Source of the DNA: an uncultured Gemmatimonadales bacterium
Lineage (GTDB): Bacteria > Gemmatimonadota > Gemmatimonadetes > Gemmatimonadales > GWC2-71-9
Assembly: GCA_963795085.1 (NCBI GenBank)
Contig: CAWCFX010000001.1
Span: 480,001 to 544,000, forward strand
DNA length: 64,000 bases
Direction: 5' to 3'
The translations under genes and the position numbers were made by a program. The notes under the pieces are model-generated. The model worked only from the letters and a program-made list of their open reading frames with translations. It searched no databases and was not told where the DNA came from. Below, in pieces: positions 28,218-37,303 of the stretch. How positions within the stretch are numbered: the stretch's first letter is position 1; each line of letters opens with the position of its first letter.

Positions 28218-29226
28218 CGCCCGCCGGCCGGTCCGGCGTCACCGGGAGCCGCTGCCCCGGCCGGAATTGCGCTGCCGCTGCGGCCAGCCGCTGCAGCGGT
28301 TCTGGGCGTTCTGTCCCCAGTGCAGCCGGGAACTGGTCTGGGGCGACGCCGGGCAGGTGACCGGCGCCGAGTGTTACAACTGCGGCTGGGTGGTGAGCGA
28401 CAGCCACTCGTTCTGCCCCTGGTGCGGCGTGGATATCTACGAGGAAGGCGCCTCGAGCGAGGAGCCGCTCAAGGCGCCCAAGGGGTTCCGGATGGACGCC
28501 CGCTGCGACTGGGGCTGCGGCGGCGGGGTACAGTACCCCATGCCCTCCTGCCCCTGGTGCAACCGGGACCAGCACTGGAACGAAGATGCCAAGTTCGAAG
28601 GCAACTGCCCCCACTGCTCCCGCGGGGTGGACGACTGGATGAACACCTGCCCCTGGTGCGGGCTCGATGCCACGGGACGGGCCCTGATTCCCCGGGCCCT
28701 GACCCGGGTGCGGCGGCTGCTCCTGGTCTCCCGCATTTCGGACTGGGGCTACCGGATCCTGCTCCGGCCCGGCATCTCCGGGGTGGATCCCAAGTACCCC
28801 AAGATCGTGGAGATCGAGCAGCGGTACGTGGTGGGGCAGCCGACCCGGGAAGAGATCCCCTGGACCATGCTGGTGGGGCTCATTACCCACGAACTGGGCC
28901 ACAGCTTCCTCTATCATCACTGGGCCTGGACCCGCACCGAGCGGTTCCGCCGCGCCTTTGGCGAGGTGGACAAGGCCTATCGCGGGATGGACGATACCTG
29001 GGTGTACTTCCAGCGGAAGCAGATCGCCATCGCGCCCACCAACCATGTCACGGTCTATGCCTCCCGGCATCCGCAGGAGGATTTTGCGGAGACTTTCCGC
29101 TTCTACGTGACCCGGCGCGGCAAGCTGCGGGAGCTGTTCTCGGAGTTCGGGCAGAAGCGAAAGGGCGTGCAGGTTTACGAGAAGTTCCTGGCCTTGAGGG
29201 ATTATCTGCGGCAGTTGCGGGGGTAG
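28210..29226 (+). CDS. Zinc-ribbon-repeat HExxH metallopeptidase (putative zinc-binding metallopeptidase family)
   Basis: Eight Cys pairs (16 Cys) in the N-half; THELGHSF and YASRHPQEDFAETF; GTG start overlaps the ligase 3' end. Confidence 0.8.
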   Translation: MASARRPVRRHREPLPRPELRCRCGQPLQRFWAFCPQCSRELVWGDAGQVTGAECYNCGWVVSDSHSFCPWCGVDIYEEGASSEEPLKAPKGFRMDARCDWGCGGGVQYPMPSCPWCNRDQHWNEDAKFEGNCPHCSRGVDDWMNTCPWCGLDATGRALIPRALTRVRRLLLVSRISDWGYRILLRPGISGVDPKYPKIVEIEQRYVVGQPTREEIPWTMLVGLITHELGHSFLYHHWAWTRTERFRRAFGEVDKAYRGMDDTWVYFQRKQIAIAPTNHVTVYASRHPQEDFAETFRFYVTRRGKLRELFSEFGQKRKGVQVYEKFLALRDYLRQLRG

Positions 29227-29349
29227 AAAAAGGGGGTCAGCGGGCAAGGGGGCCAGGGGGCAACGGACTATTCTCAAGCTTCTTCTTTTTCGTGCCTTCG
29301 TGATCAGGCAGAGCTGAGACCGGTATTGCTCGGGATTTCCTGGCAGCCC

Positions 29350-30537
29350 TCACTGCCCGGGATTCGGCGCATCCAGCAGCTTCACGTTGGTGCGGGGGTA
29401 GCTGCCGATGATCCTGCCGGTGTGCTCCGGTTTCGCCGTTTCCACCGCCATGGCCTCGATCAGCCGGCTGGACCACATGCGGCGTTCCCGCGCGGCCACC
29501 AGGTAGCGGACGGTGCAGTTGGTCCAGGCATCGGTGAGCGAGAGATAGACCTGCGGCTCAACCGCCACGTCCCAGGCCAGCCCGGTATTGAGCAGCATGT
29601 CCTTGTACTGCCGGGCCGGTACTTCCATGGCCTTGCCCAGCACCTCGGCCGCCACCCGCCGCACCACCGTGATCGTATAGGGCAGGTCCGACTCGTTGGC
29701 GACCCCGAAGGTGACTTCATCCCAGACGTACGGAAAGTCGCCGGTGTAATTGATGATGTTGGAGCGGAGGACCTCGGAGTTGGGAAAGGTGATCAGGGCG
29801 CCGGTGGGCTGGGCCGCCTGGACCGCCTTGCCGGGGCCGCCCGCTTCCCACACCGTCGTGGTCAGCAGGTCAATCCGGTACACATCGCCGAAGACATCGC
29901 CCACCGCGATCCGGTCGCCCACCCGGTAGTGCCCCTTGAACGAGTTGATGACCCAGCCGGTGAAGCTCTCGATGGGAGACTGCAGAGCCCATGAAAGGGC
30001 GAGACCGATCAGCCCCAAAGACCCGATGAGGGTCCGCACGTCGCCCGCGATGACGCTCAGCGCCACCCCAAACGCGAGCAGCCAGATCCCGATGCCCGCC
30101 ATGACGGCAAAGGCGTCGGCCCGGGCGAAGCTGTGAAAAGCCCGCCGGAGCAGGGGCCGAAGCAGCCGGTTGAATCCGCCGGCCAGCAACAGGATGACGA
30201 CCGCGATAGCGATCTTGGGCAGCAGGGACTGGAACCCGCGGGCAAGACCGCGAATGGTCCCGGTGGCTTCCCGAACGGCCTGCCGGGTGTCGGGGGACGC
30301 GGTGTCGGCGGCCGCCGTGATGGCCGAGGAATCGGCGACGGCCGGGGCGGAATCCTGGCTGGCCGGCGCCTGGACCGGGGCCCAGATCAGCACCAGGAGG
30401 GCGACGAACGCGATGGCCATCCGGCTGCCCCGCCGGAACTTAGCCAGTTGCCGCGTGGCCTCGCTCCGGGCCCGGGTCACGCCCGGACTGGGCTGGGTCG
30501 GGACGGGGCGCAGGCTGCGTGAGGGTTGAGGGGGCAT
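29350..30537 (-). CDS. Small-conductance mechanosensitive channel (MscS family)
   Basis: GSLGLIGLALSWALQ, YRVGDRIAVG, GDVYRIDLLTT, FPNSEV, IINYT; start uncertain (30537 or 30420). Confidence 0.88.
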   Translation of the reverse strand: MPPQPSRSLRPVPTQPSPGVTRARSEATRQLAKFRRGSRMAIAFVALLVLIWAPVQAPASQDSAPAVADSSAITAAADTASPDTRQAVREATGTIRGLARGFQSLLPKIAIAVVILLLAGGFNRLLRPLLRRAFHSFARADAFAVMAGIGIWLLAFGVALSVIAGDVRTLIGSLGLIGLALSWALQSPIESFTGWVINSFKGHYRVGDRIAVGDVFGDVYRIDLLTTTVWEAGGPGKAVQAAQPTGALITFPNSEVLRSNIINYTGDFPYVWDEVTFGVANESDLPYTITVVRRVAAEVLGKAMEVPARQYKDMLLNTGLAWDVAVEPQVYLSLTDAWTNCTVRYLVAARERRMWSSRLIEAMAVETAKPEHTGRIIGSYPRTNVKLLDAPNPGQ

Positions 30538-30570
30538 GCTGGAACTTAGGCGGACCCCCCGCCGAAGCAA

Positions 30571-33500
30571 TCAGCTTCCTTCTTTGTCCTCCGGCGTTTC
30601 CGGCTTGCGGGAAAGCTTGAAGGGAAGGCCGTCGCCGCCCACCACGGAGTCCCTGGCTTCATCAATGTGCAGCACGACCTCGTCGGTTTCCTCCGCCGAC
30701 ACGAACCGTTCGAAGCGCACCGCACCCGCCGGTCCTCCGGTCCGGACCAGGATCCGGGCCCCCGCGCGGCTCACCCGGTCGAACTCGACGACATCGCTCG
30801 TCCCCGCGATGCCGAAGACCCACAACTCTTGCATCACATACGCGTAATAGTCGCCCGCGTACTCGGCCAGGGCGTCCCGCCGGGCGGTGAGTGCCCGCAC
30901 CAGCGGGTCCTGTTCCGACGTGAGATAGGATTCCGGCAGCGACCGGACGGCGGCCGCGATCACCGAGTCGCTCAATGCGGCCTGCAGCTCCCGCGCGGTG
31001 GCCACGAAATCCTCCCGGGTCAACCGGTTCAAGACATGGTGATCGATGGTCGTCGCCTGCTCCGCCAGCCGGCGAATCGGGGGGAACTCGTCGGAGAAAC
31101 CGACGTACCGCGGCAGGAACATGCTGGACAGCTTGGCCAGTACCCCGTCCATCCGCGCGAAAGCCCAGTCCCGGTCCTCGGGGATCGCCCGCCAGCGGTT
31201 GCCGACCCGGGCCCACCGCCACTGCCCGGAATGCCGGTCCCAGTCGCCCACCACGAGGTCCAGCAGGCGAATCCGAAGGAAGTAGCGGTCATCGAATCCG
31301 GATTCCGGGTTCTGGAGCAGGTCCTTGTACATGTCCTCGCTGCTGCTGATCTCGGCGTGCCCCCCGAACCCCGGCCGCTTGCCGCTGCGCTCCTCGGCGT
31401 GCATCGAGAACAGCCCCACCCGCCCGGCAAAGAGCGGCCGGAACTCCCCCAGCCGGGCATCGTTGGGCATCACCACGGGCACCGGGCGGGGCGCGTCGAT
31501 GCCGGCGGCCTGCTGCAGCCGGGCGACGACGACCGCCCCAAACGGAAACTGGGCCGCCATCTGGTCATCGAGCAGGTCGGCGATGGCGCCTTCCCGCATC
31601 CAGCGCGGAAGCACCCCGGCGGGGTTCTTGACGATGGGCCGGAATTCATACTCGAGGCCGTCGCGGCCCAGCAGGCGAAGCCCGACGGTCTGCTGCCCGC
31701 CGGTGATCTTCTGGGGGTGGAGTCCGCCACCGGCACGGCCCAGGTCCAGCACCGGCAACCGCACGGGAATTCCCCAGAGATGGCGGTTCAGGTCCCCCGC
31801 GAAGAAGCGGCGGATGCGGCCCGCCGGATAGGCCCGGCCGGCGGTTACGGTAAAAGAATCGACGTTATCGAGCGCGAAGGTGTTGGTCACCGCCACCGTC
31901 GGCGCATCGCCCCCGATGGCGGGCGACGTCCGGGCCGCGGATACCCTCTCGCCCTCTTCATCGACCCACCAGGGTGTGCCGGGATTCACCGTGTCGGGTA
32001 TGACCGGCGCCAGGTCCCGGGGCTGTTTCGACGGTCCAAGCAGGGATGCCGAGTACACGGTCACGAAGCTGCCGGCCCCCTCCGTGACGCAGGTGCGCAC
32101 GGCGTCGTCACTCCCGGTGCACTGCTGGTATTTCTCATCCCCGGCGACCACGAACAGGTCCACCGCATCGTCCCGCCGAAAGACCAGCATCATGTAGCCG
32201 GGCTTCGACGCGCCCCAGACCAGGCCCGGCCCCATCCGGATGGAGGACATCTTGCTCCCCGCGCCGCTTACCAGCACGAAGCGGGGATCGAACTCGCCGG
32301 CGCCGGTCAGCACCTGCAGGCTGTGATCGTGTCCGCCGGCGTAGATCAGCGGCGGCTTACGGCTCTCGTCGAAAGTCCGGCGCAGGCCGGCCAGCAAGGC
32401 GTCGTAGGGCGGCGAGTTGAGGTCCTGGACCAGGGCGCCGGCCTGCTTGAGCACGTAGGCGACGCCGAGGGTGTGGTAGCCCGGGATGATGGCGCCGTGG
32501 GGGCCGGCCGAGTAGTAGGGATGGTGGGCGACCAGGACCACCTCCCGGTCCCGGGCGCCGTCGATGGTCTGGCGCAAACGGGTAAAGAACTGGTCGTGGG
32601 AATCGCGGGAGCGCTCCTGCAGGAACCAGTGGGTATCGAAGAAGACAATCCGGACATTCCGCCTGAGGTCCCGGTACACCGGGCCCGGGTCGCCTCCCGA
32701 GGGAAGCAGGGCGACCTTGGCCCCGGCCTCGCGGGCGCTGTCCAGTTGCCATTCCTGGTTGAGTACGCGGCGGAACCCTTCATCACCGGTGGTGTTGCCC
32801 CAGTCGTGATTTCCGGGAACAAAAAGCCCGATGGTGGCGCGCCGGGCCGCCTCGGTGCCGCTGACCAGGTCCACCTGGCTCCTGAGCCGGGCCGAATCGG
32901 CGGGAAAACCGGGGTCGTCCCGGTCATGCACGCCCTGGGGATAGACGTTGTCTCCGAGGAACGTCACGGTGACCGCGGAGTCGCGGCCGAGCGCGGCGGA
33001 CCACCGCTCCACGTCCGCCTTCAGCGCCGCCAACAGGGGCGACTTCCCGGCCTCGGCGGCGCCCGCATCGCCAACCAGGAAGACGACGGCATCCACCTCG
33101 GCCGGCTTGGGGATCGGGACGCCGGAGAGTTCCGGAAAAGTGACGGGATCGAGATCCAGGAGGTTGGTGGCGCCAAAGACCGCAAAGAGAAACAGCCCGA
33201 TGAACCCGAGCGCGCCGGCGGTTCCCACGATGAGGGGATGGCGGGGGACTCGGCTGATGCGGAGGGAGAGCACGGTTCCCGCGACCAGGAGGATCGCGCC
33301 GCCAATCACGGCGCCGGCCCAGTTGCCCACCCCGCTGCCCCAGCCCCACCCCCCGATGAGGGCGCCGAGAACCACCCCCGCGAGGAACGACGCAAACCCG
33401 ACCGAGGTGGCCCAGGCCACGGAATGGGGGCGCCGGCGCCCGAGACGGTACCCGAAGAAGGCGCCCAGCGGCACCGGCAGTACCTCCCAACGGAAGGCGA

Positions 33501-33741
33501 CCAGGTCTTCCAGCCCGAAGATGTAGGTGCCGAACTGTGCCTGGGCCACCACGATAGCCAGCGTCACCATGAATCCCGTCACCGCTCCGCCAACCACAGC
33601 CAGGAGCGCGATGGCGGCGTGAATGATCTGGAGCCGGGCGCGGTAACCCCTTGTTAGAGGGTGATTTTCGGCTTCGGTTGGGGTCGCCTGGTCGGGCGGC
33701 ACAGGGTCCAAGGTCGGGCTCCGGCAAGGGTCCGCCGACAA
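30571..33741 (-). CDS. Membrane-anchored calcineurin-like metallophosphoesterase fused to an atypical kinase-like domain
   Basis: About five N-terminal TM helices; GDAG, GDNVY, GNHDW, HHP, GHDH; C-half GGQQT..GLRL and LLDLVVGDWDRHSGQW..PEDRDWAF. Confidence 0.8.
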   Translation of the reverse strand: MSADPCRSPTLDPVPPDQATPTEAENHPLTRGYRARLQIIHAAIALLAVVGGAVTGFMVTLAIVVAQAQFGTYIFGLEDLVAFRWEVLPVPLGAFFGYRLGRRRPHSVAWATSVGFASFLAGVVLGALIGGWGWGSGVGNWAGAVIGGAILLVAGTVLSLRISRVPRHPLIVGTAGALGFIGLFLFAVFGATNLLDLDPVTFPELSGVPIPKPAEVDAVVFLVGDAGAAEAGKSPLLAALKADVERWSAALGRDSAVTVTFLGDNVYPQGVHDRDDPGFPADSARLRSQVDLVSGTEAARRATIGLFVPGNHDWGNTTGDEGFRRVLNQEWQLDSAREAGAKVALLPSGGDPGPVYRDLRRNVRIVFFDTHWFLQERSRDSHDQFFTRLRQTIDGARDREVVLVAHHPYYSAGPHGAIIPGYHTLGVAYVLKQAGALVQDLNSPPYDALLAGLRRTFDESRKPPLIYAGGHDHSLQVLTGAGEFDPRFVLVSGAGSKMSSIRMGPGLVWGASKPGYMMLVFRRDDAVDLFVVAGDEKYQQCTGSDDAVRTCVTEGAGSFVTVYSASLLGPSKQPRDLAPVIPDTVNPGTPWWVDEEGERVSAARTSPAIGGDAPTVAVTNTFALDNVDSFTVTAGRAYPAGRIRRFFAGDLNRHLWGIPVRLPVLDLGRAGGGLHPQKITGGQQTVGLRLLGRDGLEYEFRPIVKNPAGVLPRWMREGAIADLLDDQMAAQFPFGAVVVARLQQAAGIDAPRPVPVVMPNDARLGEFRPLFAGRVGLFSMHAEERSGKRPGFGGHAEISSSEDMYKDLLQNPESGFDDRYFLRIRLLDLVVGDWDRHSGQWRWARVGNRWRAIPEDRDWAFARMDGVLAKLSSMFLPRYVGFSDEFPPIRRLAEQATTIDHHVLNRLTREDFVATARELQAALSDSVIAAAVRSLPESYLTSEQDPLVRALTARRDALAEYAGDYYAYVMQELWVFGIAGTSDVVEFDRVSRAGARILVRTGGPAGAVRFERFVSAEETDEVVLHIDEARDSVVGGDGLPFKLSRKPETPEDKEGS

Positions 33742-33874
33742 GTTACGGTGTCCGGGCCTCAGGGAATGGTACGTATGTCACGTTTCGGCGGGCCAGGCCG
33801 TACGCAAGGGGACCTGTAGGTTGCCGGCCGCCGGCTTAGTATTCCATGACCGGTTCTTCACAGCGGGGGAGACC

Positions 33875-34276
33875 ATGCCCGAACGTTCTCAATCACGCCG
33901 AACCTTCCTGGCCGTGGCTGGCGGAGGGGCCCTGTTCCTGCTGACCGGCCGCCGGCCCCGGCCCCAGCACCCAGACCCCCGGCCCGGCATCACGGCGAGC
34001 CGGGTCCTGGCCGCCGAGCAGCTGGCCGATTATCCAGACGCCATCTCCGCGTTCGACGCGGCGCGCCAGATTCCCCAGGTGGTTGACGGGATCCGGTGCA
34101 GCTGCGGCTGCGCCACCCGGGAAGGCTTCTACTCCCTACTCTCCTGCTACGAGGAAGACGGCATGGCCCGCCACTGCGAGGTGTGCCAGGGGACGGCGAG
34201 GCTGGCCTACCGGCTGCACCGGCAGGGAAAGACGCTGGCCCAGATCCGGGAGGCGGTGGATTTGAGGTTCAGGTAA
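33875..34276 (+). CDS. Tat-exported Cys-rich protein, PCYCGC-like family
   Basis: SRRTFL twin-arginine signal; CSCGC..SLLSCY..HCEVC..GKTLAQIR. Confidence 0.75.
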   Translation: MPERSQSRRTFLAVAGGGALFLLTGRRPRPQHPDPRPGITASRVLAAEQLADYPDAISAFDAARQIPQVVDGIRCSCGCATREGFYSLLSCYEEDGMARHCEVCQGTARLAYRLHRQGKTLAQIREAVDLRFR

Positions 34277-34279
34277 GAA

Positions 34280-34348
34280 AAGGGGGCAAGAGGGTCAGGG
34301 GGCCAGAGGGCAAGGGGCCAAGGGGGCCAATGGGCAAGGGAGGGACAG
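34280..34348 (+). repeat. Purine-rich octamer repeat (GGGGCAAG/GGGTCAGG family)
   Basis: First 27 bp identical to 23931-23957; related tracts at 29230-29263 and 56923-56953. Confidence 0.75.
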
Positions 34349-34390
34349 CCGGACCGGAGTTCCGTAGACTTTCCGCGTGGGGGAGTGGTG

Positions 34391-35275
34391 ATGAGACGAG
34401 GTATCGGAGTGCTGGGTGTGGCGGTACTGAGCCTGAACGCGGCGAATGGCTTCGCCCAGGTGCGGGCGAGCGAGCGCGCCCTGGTGCGGCAGACGATCAA
34501 CGGGACCACGATCGAAGTTGACTACGCCCGGCCCAGGATGCGCGGGCGGGCGGGAATTTTTGGCCAGGAGGTCCACTGGCAGGAAGTGTGGACCCCGGGT
34601 GCCAACATGGCGACCACGCTGGAGGTGAGCGGGGACATCCAGCTCAACGGCCAGCGGGTTCCCCGCGGCAAGTACTCGGTCTGGATGGTCGTGCGGCAGG
34701 GCGCCTGGACCGTGCTCCTCGATTCCACCGTTGACCGTTTTCACATGAACCGGCCCGATCCGGAGCAGGTTCCGATCCGGTTCGACCTGACGCCGGAGAC
34801 GCGCCCGCGCCAGGATGTGCTGACCTGGTCATTTCCCCAGATCACCAATACCGGTGGTATCCTGGCGATGCACTGGGACACCCTCTATGTCCCCATGTCG
34901 GTCAAGGTAGAGTCCCCTTATTCACTCACCGTCCGGGCGGAGGCCGCCCGGCCGATCGTCGGCCGCTACGAGATGCGGTGGCTGGGACCGCCCGAACCGG
35001 GAAGCGACGGCGGTCCCACTCTGCTGAACGTGACCTACGAGCGGGGTTCTCTCTTCTCCAGCGTCAATCCACCCCCCTTCCCTGGATACGACACCTTTGT
35101 CCTGCTCCCCCTCCGGGATGACTGGTTCATCCCCGGCTGGTGGAGGGAAGGGGACCTGTACGACGCCGATGACAGCATGGTCATGGAGTTCACGCTGGAG
35201 GCCGGAACGGCGACAGGCTTTACCATGCGGCTGAAAAACGACCAGATCATAGGGACCGGCCTCCGGGTGCAGTGA
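34391..35275 (+). CDS. DUF2911-family secreted protein
   Basis: Signal peptide; QTING..IEVDYARP..RGR, VWTPGANMAT, GKYSVW. Confidence 0.8.
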   Translation: MRRGIGVLGVAVLSLNAANGFAQVRASERALVRQTINGTTIEVDYARPRMRGRAGIFGQEVHWQEVWTPGANMATTLEVSGDIQLNGQRVPRGKYSVWMVVRQGAWTVLLDSTVDRFHMNRPDPEQVPIRFDLTPETRPRQDVLTWSFPQITNTGGILAMHWDTLYVPMSVKVESPYSLTVRAEAARPIVGRYEMRWLGPPEPGSDGGPTLLNVTYERGSLFSSVNPPPFPGYDTFVLLPLRDDWFIPGWWREGDLYDADDSMVMEFTLEAGTATGFTMRLKNDQIIGTGLRVQ

Positions 35276-35335
35276 CGAAGCGCGCCCCCCGGCGATTCTG
35301 AGACCTTACGACAAACCACCAGCAAGGCGGTGCAC

Positions 35336-36238
35336 ATGAGAATACTGTTTCTTACCGGAATGATGGCGGCGATGGCCGGTCTCGGGGGCTCCGAGGCCCA
35401 GGCCCAGATCAGGGCCAGTGAACGGGGCCGGGTCTGGCAGACCGTTAACGGCACGGTCATTTCTGTGGACTATTCGCGGCCCCGGCTCCGGGGGCGGAGC
35501 GGGATCCTGGGAGGACAGGCCCGGGTCGGCGAGGTCTGGACGCCGGGCGCCAACATGGCCACCGTCCTCGAGGTGAGCGACGACGTCCGGATCAATGACC
35601 ACCCGGTGCCCAAAGGGCGGTACTCGGTCTGGATGGCCATCCGGCCGGGCGACTGGGCGCTCCTGCTCGACACCACCGCCACCCGGTTTCACACCCAGAA
35701 ACCCGGGGAAACCGAGGTGGCGATCCGGATTCCGGTGACACCGCGCCGGGGTACTGCCACCGAGGTGCTGACCTGGTCGTTCCCGGACATCGAGTCGAAG
35801 GGCGCCATCCTGCAGTTCAGCTGGGACACGGTGACCGTCTCGCTGGCCGTCCAGGCGGGTAAGGCTATCTCGACGGCTGTTCCGGCCGAGGCGGCCCGAC
35901 CACTGACCGGGCGCTACCTGATGCGGTGGATGGGGCCCCCGCGGCCGGGCATCAACCCGGCCACCAACCCTGGGGTGCCCATCAACGTCGAGGTCACCTA
36001 TCGCGACGGATCTCTCTGGGCCCGGTCCACCCCGGATCCGATTCCCGGCCACAATACCATGGTCCTCCTTCACCTCAGGGATGACTGGTACACGGTAGCC
36101 CTGTGGGAGGACGGGGCCATCTTCGACGTCATGGAAGGCGTGGTGATGGAGTTTGCGCTTGCCAGTGGAAAGGCGACCGGTTTCGAGATCCGGGCCGGCA
36201 ACGATTACCTGCTGGGCCGGGCGCAGCGCGCCGACTAG
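35336..36238 (+). CDS. DUF2911-family secreted protein, tandem paralog
   Basis: QIRASER, VDYSRPRLRGR, VWTPGANMAT, GRYSVW; colinear with the upstream gene. Confidence 0.8.
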   Translation: MRILFLTGMMAAMAGLGGSEAQAQIRASERGRVWQTVNGTVISVDYSRPRLRGRSGILGGQARVGEVWTPGANMATVLEVSDDVRINDHPVPKGRYSVWMAIRPGDWALLLDTTATRFHTQKPGETEVAIRIPVTPRRGTATEVLTWSFPDIESKGAILQFSWDTVTVSLAVQAGKAISTAVPAEAARPLTGRYLMRWMGPPRPGINPATNPGVPINVEVTYRDGSLWARSTPDPIPGHNTMVLLHLRDDWYTVALWEDGAIFDVMEGVVMEFALASGKATGFEIRAGNDYLLGRAQRAD

Positions 36239-36252
36239 CGGGAAGATCCGCG

Positions 36253-37302
36253 CTACCGGGGGGGCAGCCGTTCCAATGCCACGATCTCTTCGGCCAGGGC
36301 GCGGGTGAAGCGATCGGCCGCGGAGTGGACCAGGTGGTCGGCGTTCTGCATCTCGCTGGCCGGGAAGGCCATCGGCTCGGTGAAGACAAGCCGCACCCTG
36401 GACCGGGGGCCGGTAACCGAGTCCAGGGCCTGTGCCACCTCCGCCAGGTAACGCTGGAACGGCTCGGCCTGGGCCAGGCGCTCATAGACGGGAGCCGAGG
36501 CCAGGTACACGTCGAAATCGTGCTGCTCGGCCAGCGCGGCGATTCGCCGGAGGCCGCGGGCGTTATCGGCGCTCAGGTGAAACCGGTCCCGGGCCAGGAA
36601 GCGCAGATGGCCCGCGAAGTCCTGCTCCACCGAGTCCGGATAGGCCACGGTATCGGCCAGGAATCCGAGGGAATCCACGTGGCGGGGTCCCGCGGCCTCT
36701 TCCGGCGCGCCGATCCGGAGCCTCGTCTGCAGGCTCCGGTTGCTGGAGTAGAGCGGGAAGTACCGCGATTCGAGGTAGGAGCGCAGTTGCCACCGCTCGA
36801 GCTTCATGGCGGGGCGCAGTTTCCGCAGGTCGAAGTATCCCACCGGCACCGACCCGACCCGCGACCAGTCGAAATCCCGGCTCCAGATATCGTACACGTG
36901 CACGATGACGACCCGGCGGGGGGCGCCGTGCCGCTCGATGTAAGTCTGCAGCATCCAGGCATCGTTCGTGGTCAGCATGTCGCCGATGGTGCAGAGGTTG
37001 ATCGCGGTGCGGTCGCCCAGGGCTGGCGCCAGCACGGCGGGGTTCACCCCCTGGTTGCAACTGGAATCGCCCAGCACCAGGTCGTCCACCGGGTGGTCCA
37101 GCCGGAGCAGCATCCGCCACTTATGACCGATGATCCACCCGGCCAGGTTGCGGCCGCCTTCCAGCATCCGCGGGGCCACGAAGACATTGACCAGCAGCAC
37201 CAGGACAAAGACCGCGATCCAGGTCCCCAGCAGCGCGCGCGGGGTGACCGGCTGGATTACCTCGGCCGGCAGATAGCTGGAGGGCCTGGTGGACTGGCTC
37301 AT
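36253..37302 (-). CDS. Membrane-anchored SGNH-hydrolase-like acyltransferase partner (AlgJ/PatB/DltD-like)
   Basis: N-terminal TM helix, LVLGDSS, C-terminal NADHL; directly downstream of the MBOAT gene. Confidence 0.7.
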   Translation of the reverse strand: MSQSTRPSSYLPAEVIQPVTPRALLGTWIAVFVLVLLVNVFVAPRMLEGGRNLAGWIIGHKWRMLLRLDHPVDDLVLGDSSCNQGVNPAVLAPALGDRTAINLCTIGDMLTTNDAWMLQTYIERHGAPRRVVIVHVYDIWSRDFDWSRVGSVPVGYFDLRKLRPAMKLERWQLRSYLESRYFPLYSSNRSLQTRLRIGAPEEAAGPRHVDSLGFLADTVAYPDSVEQDFAGHLRFLARDRFHLSADNARGLRRIAALAEQHDFDVYLASAPVYERLAQAEPFQRYLAEVAQALDSVTGPRSRVRLVFTEPMAFPASEMQNADHLVHSAADRFTRALAEEIVALERLPPR

Positions 37303-37303
37303 A

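Noticed and set aside
30667..33657. Long antisense or alternate-frame ORFs (e.g. 30667-33657, 47186-48997, 58624-60828, 61771-63843, 17678-19576)
   Set aside because: Shadow ORFs of well-supported genes, expected in high-GC DNA; no motifs
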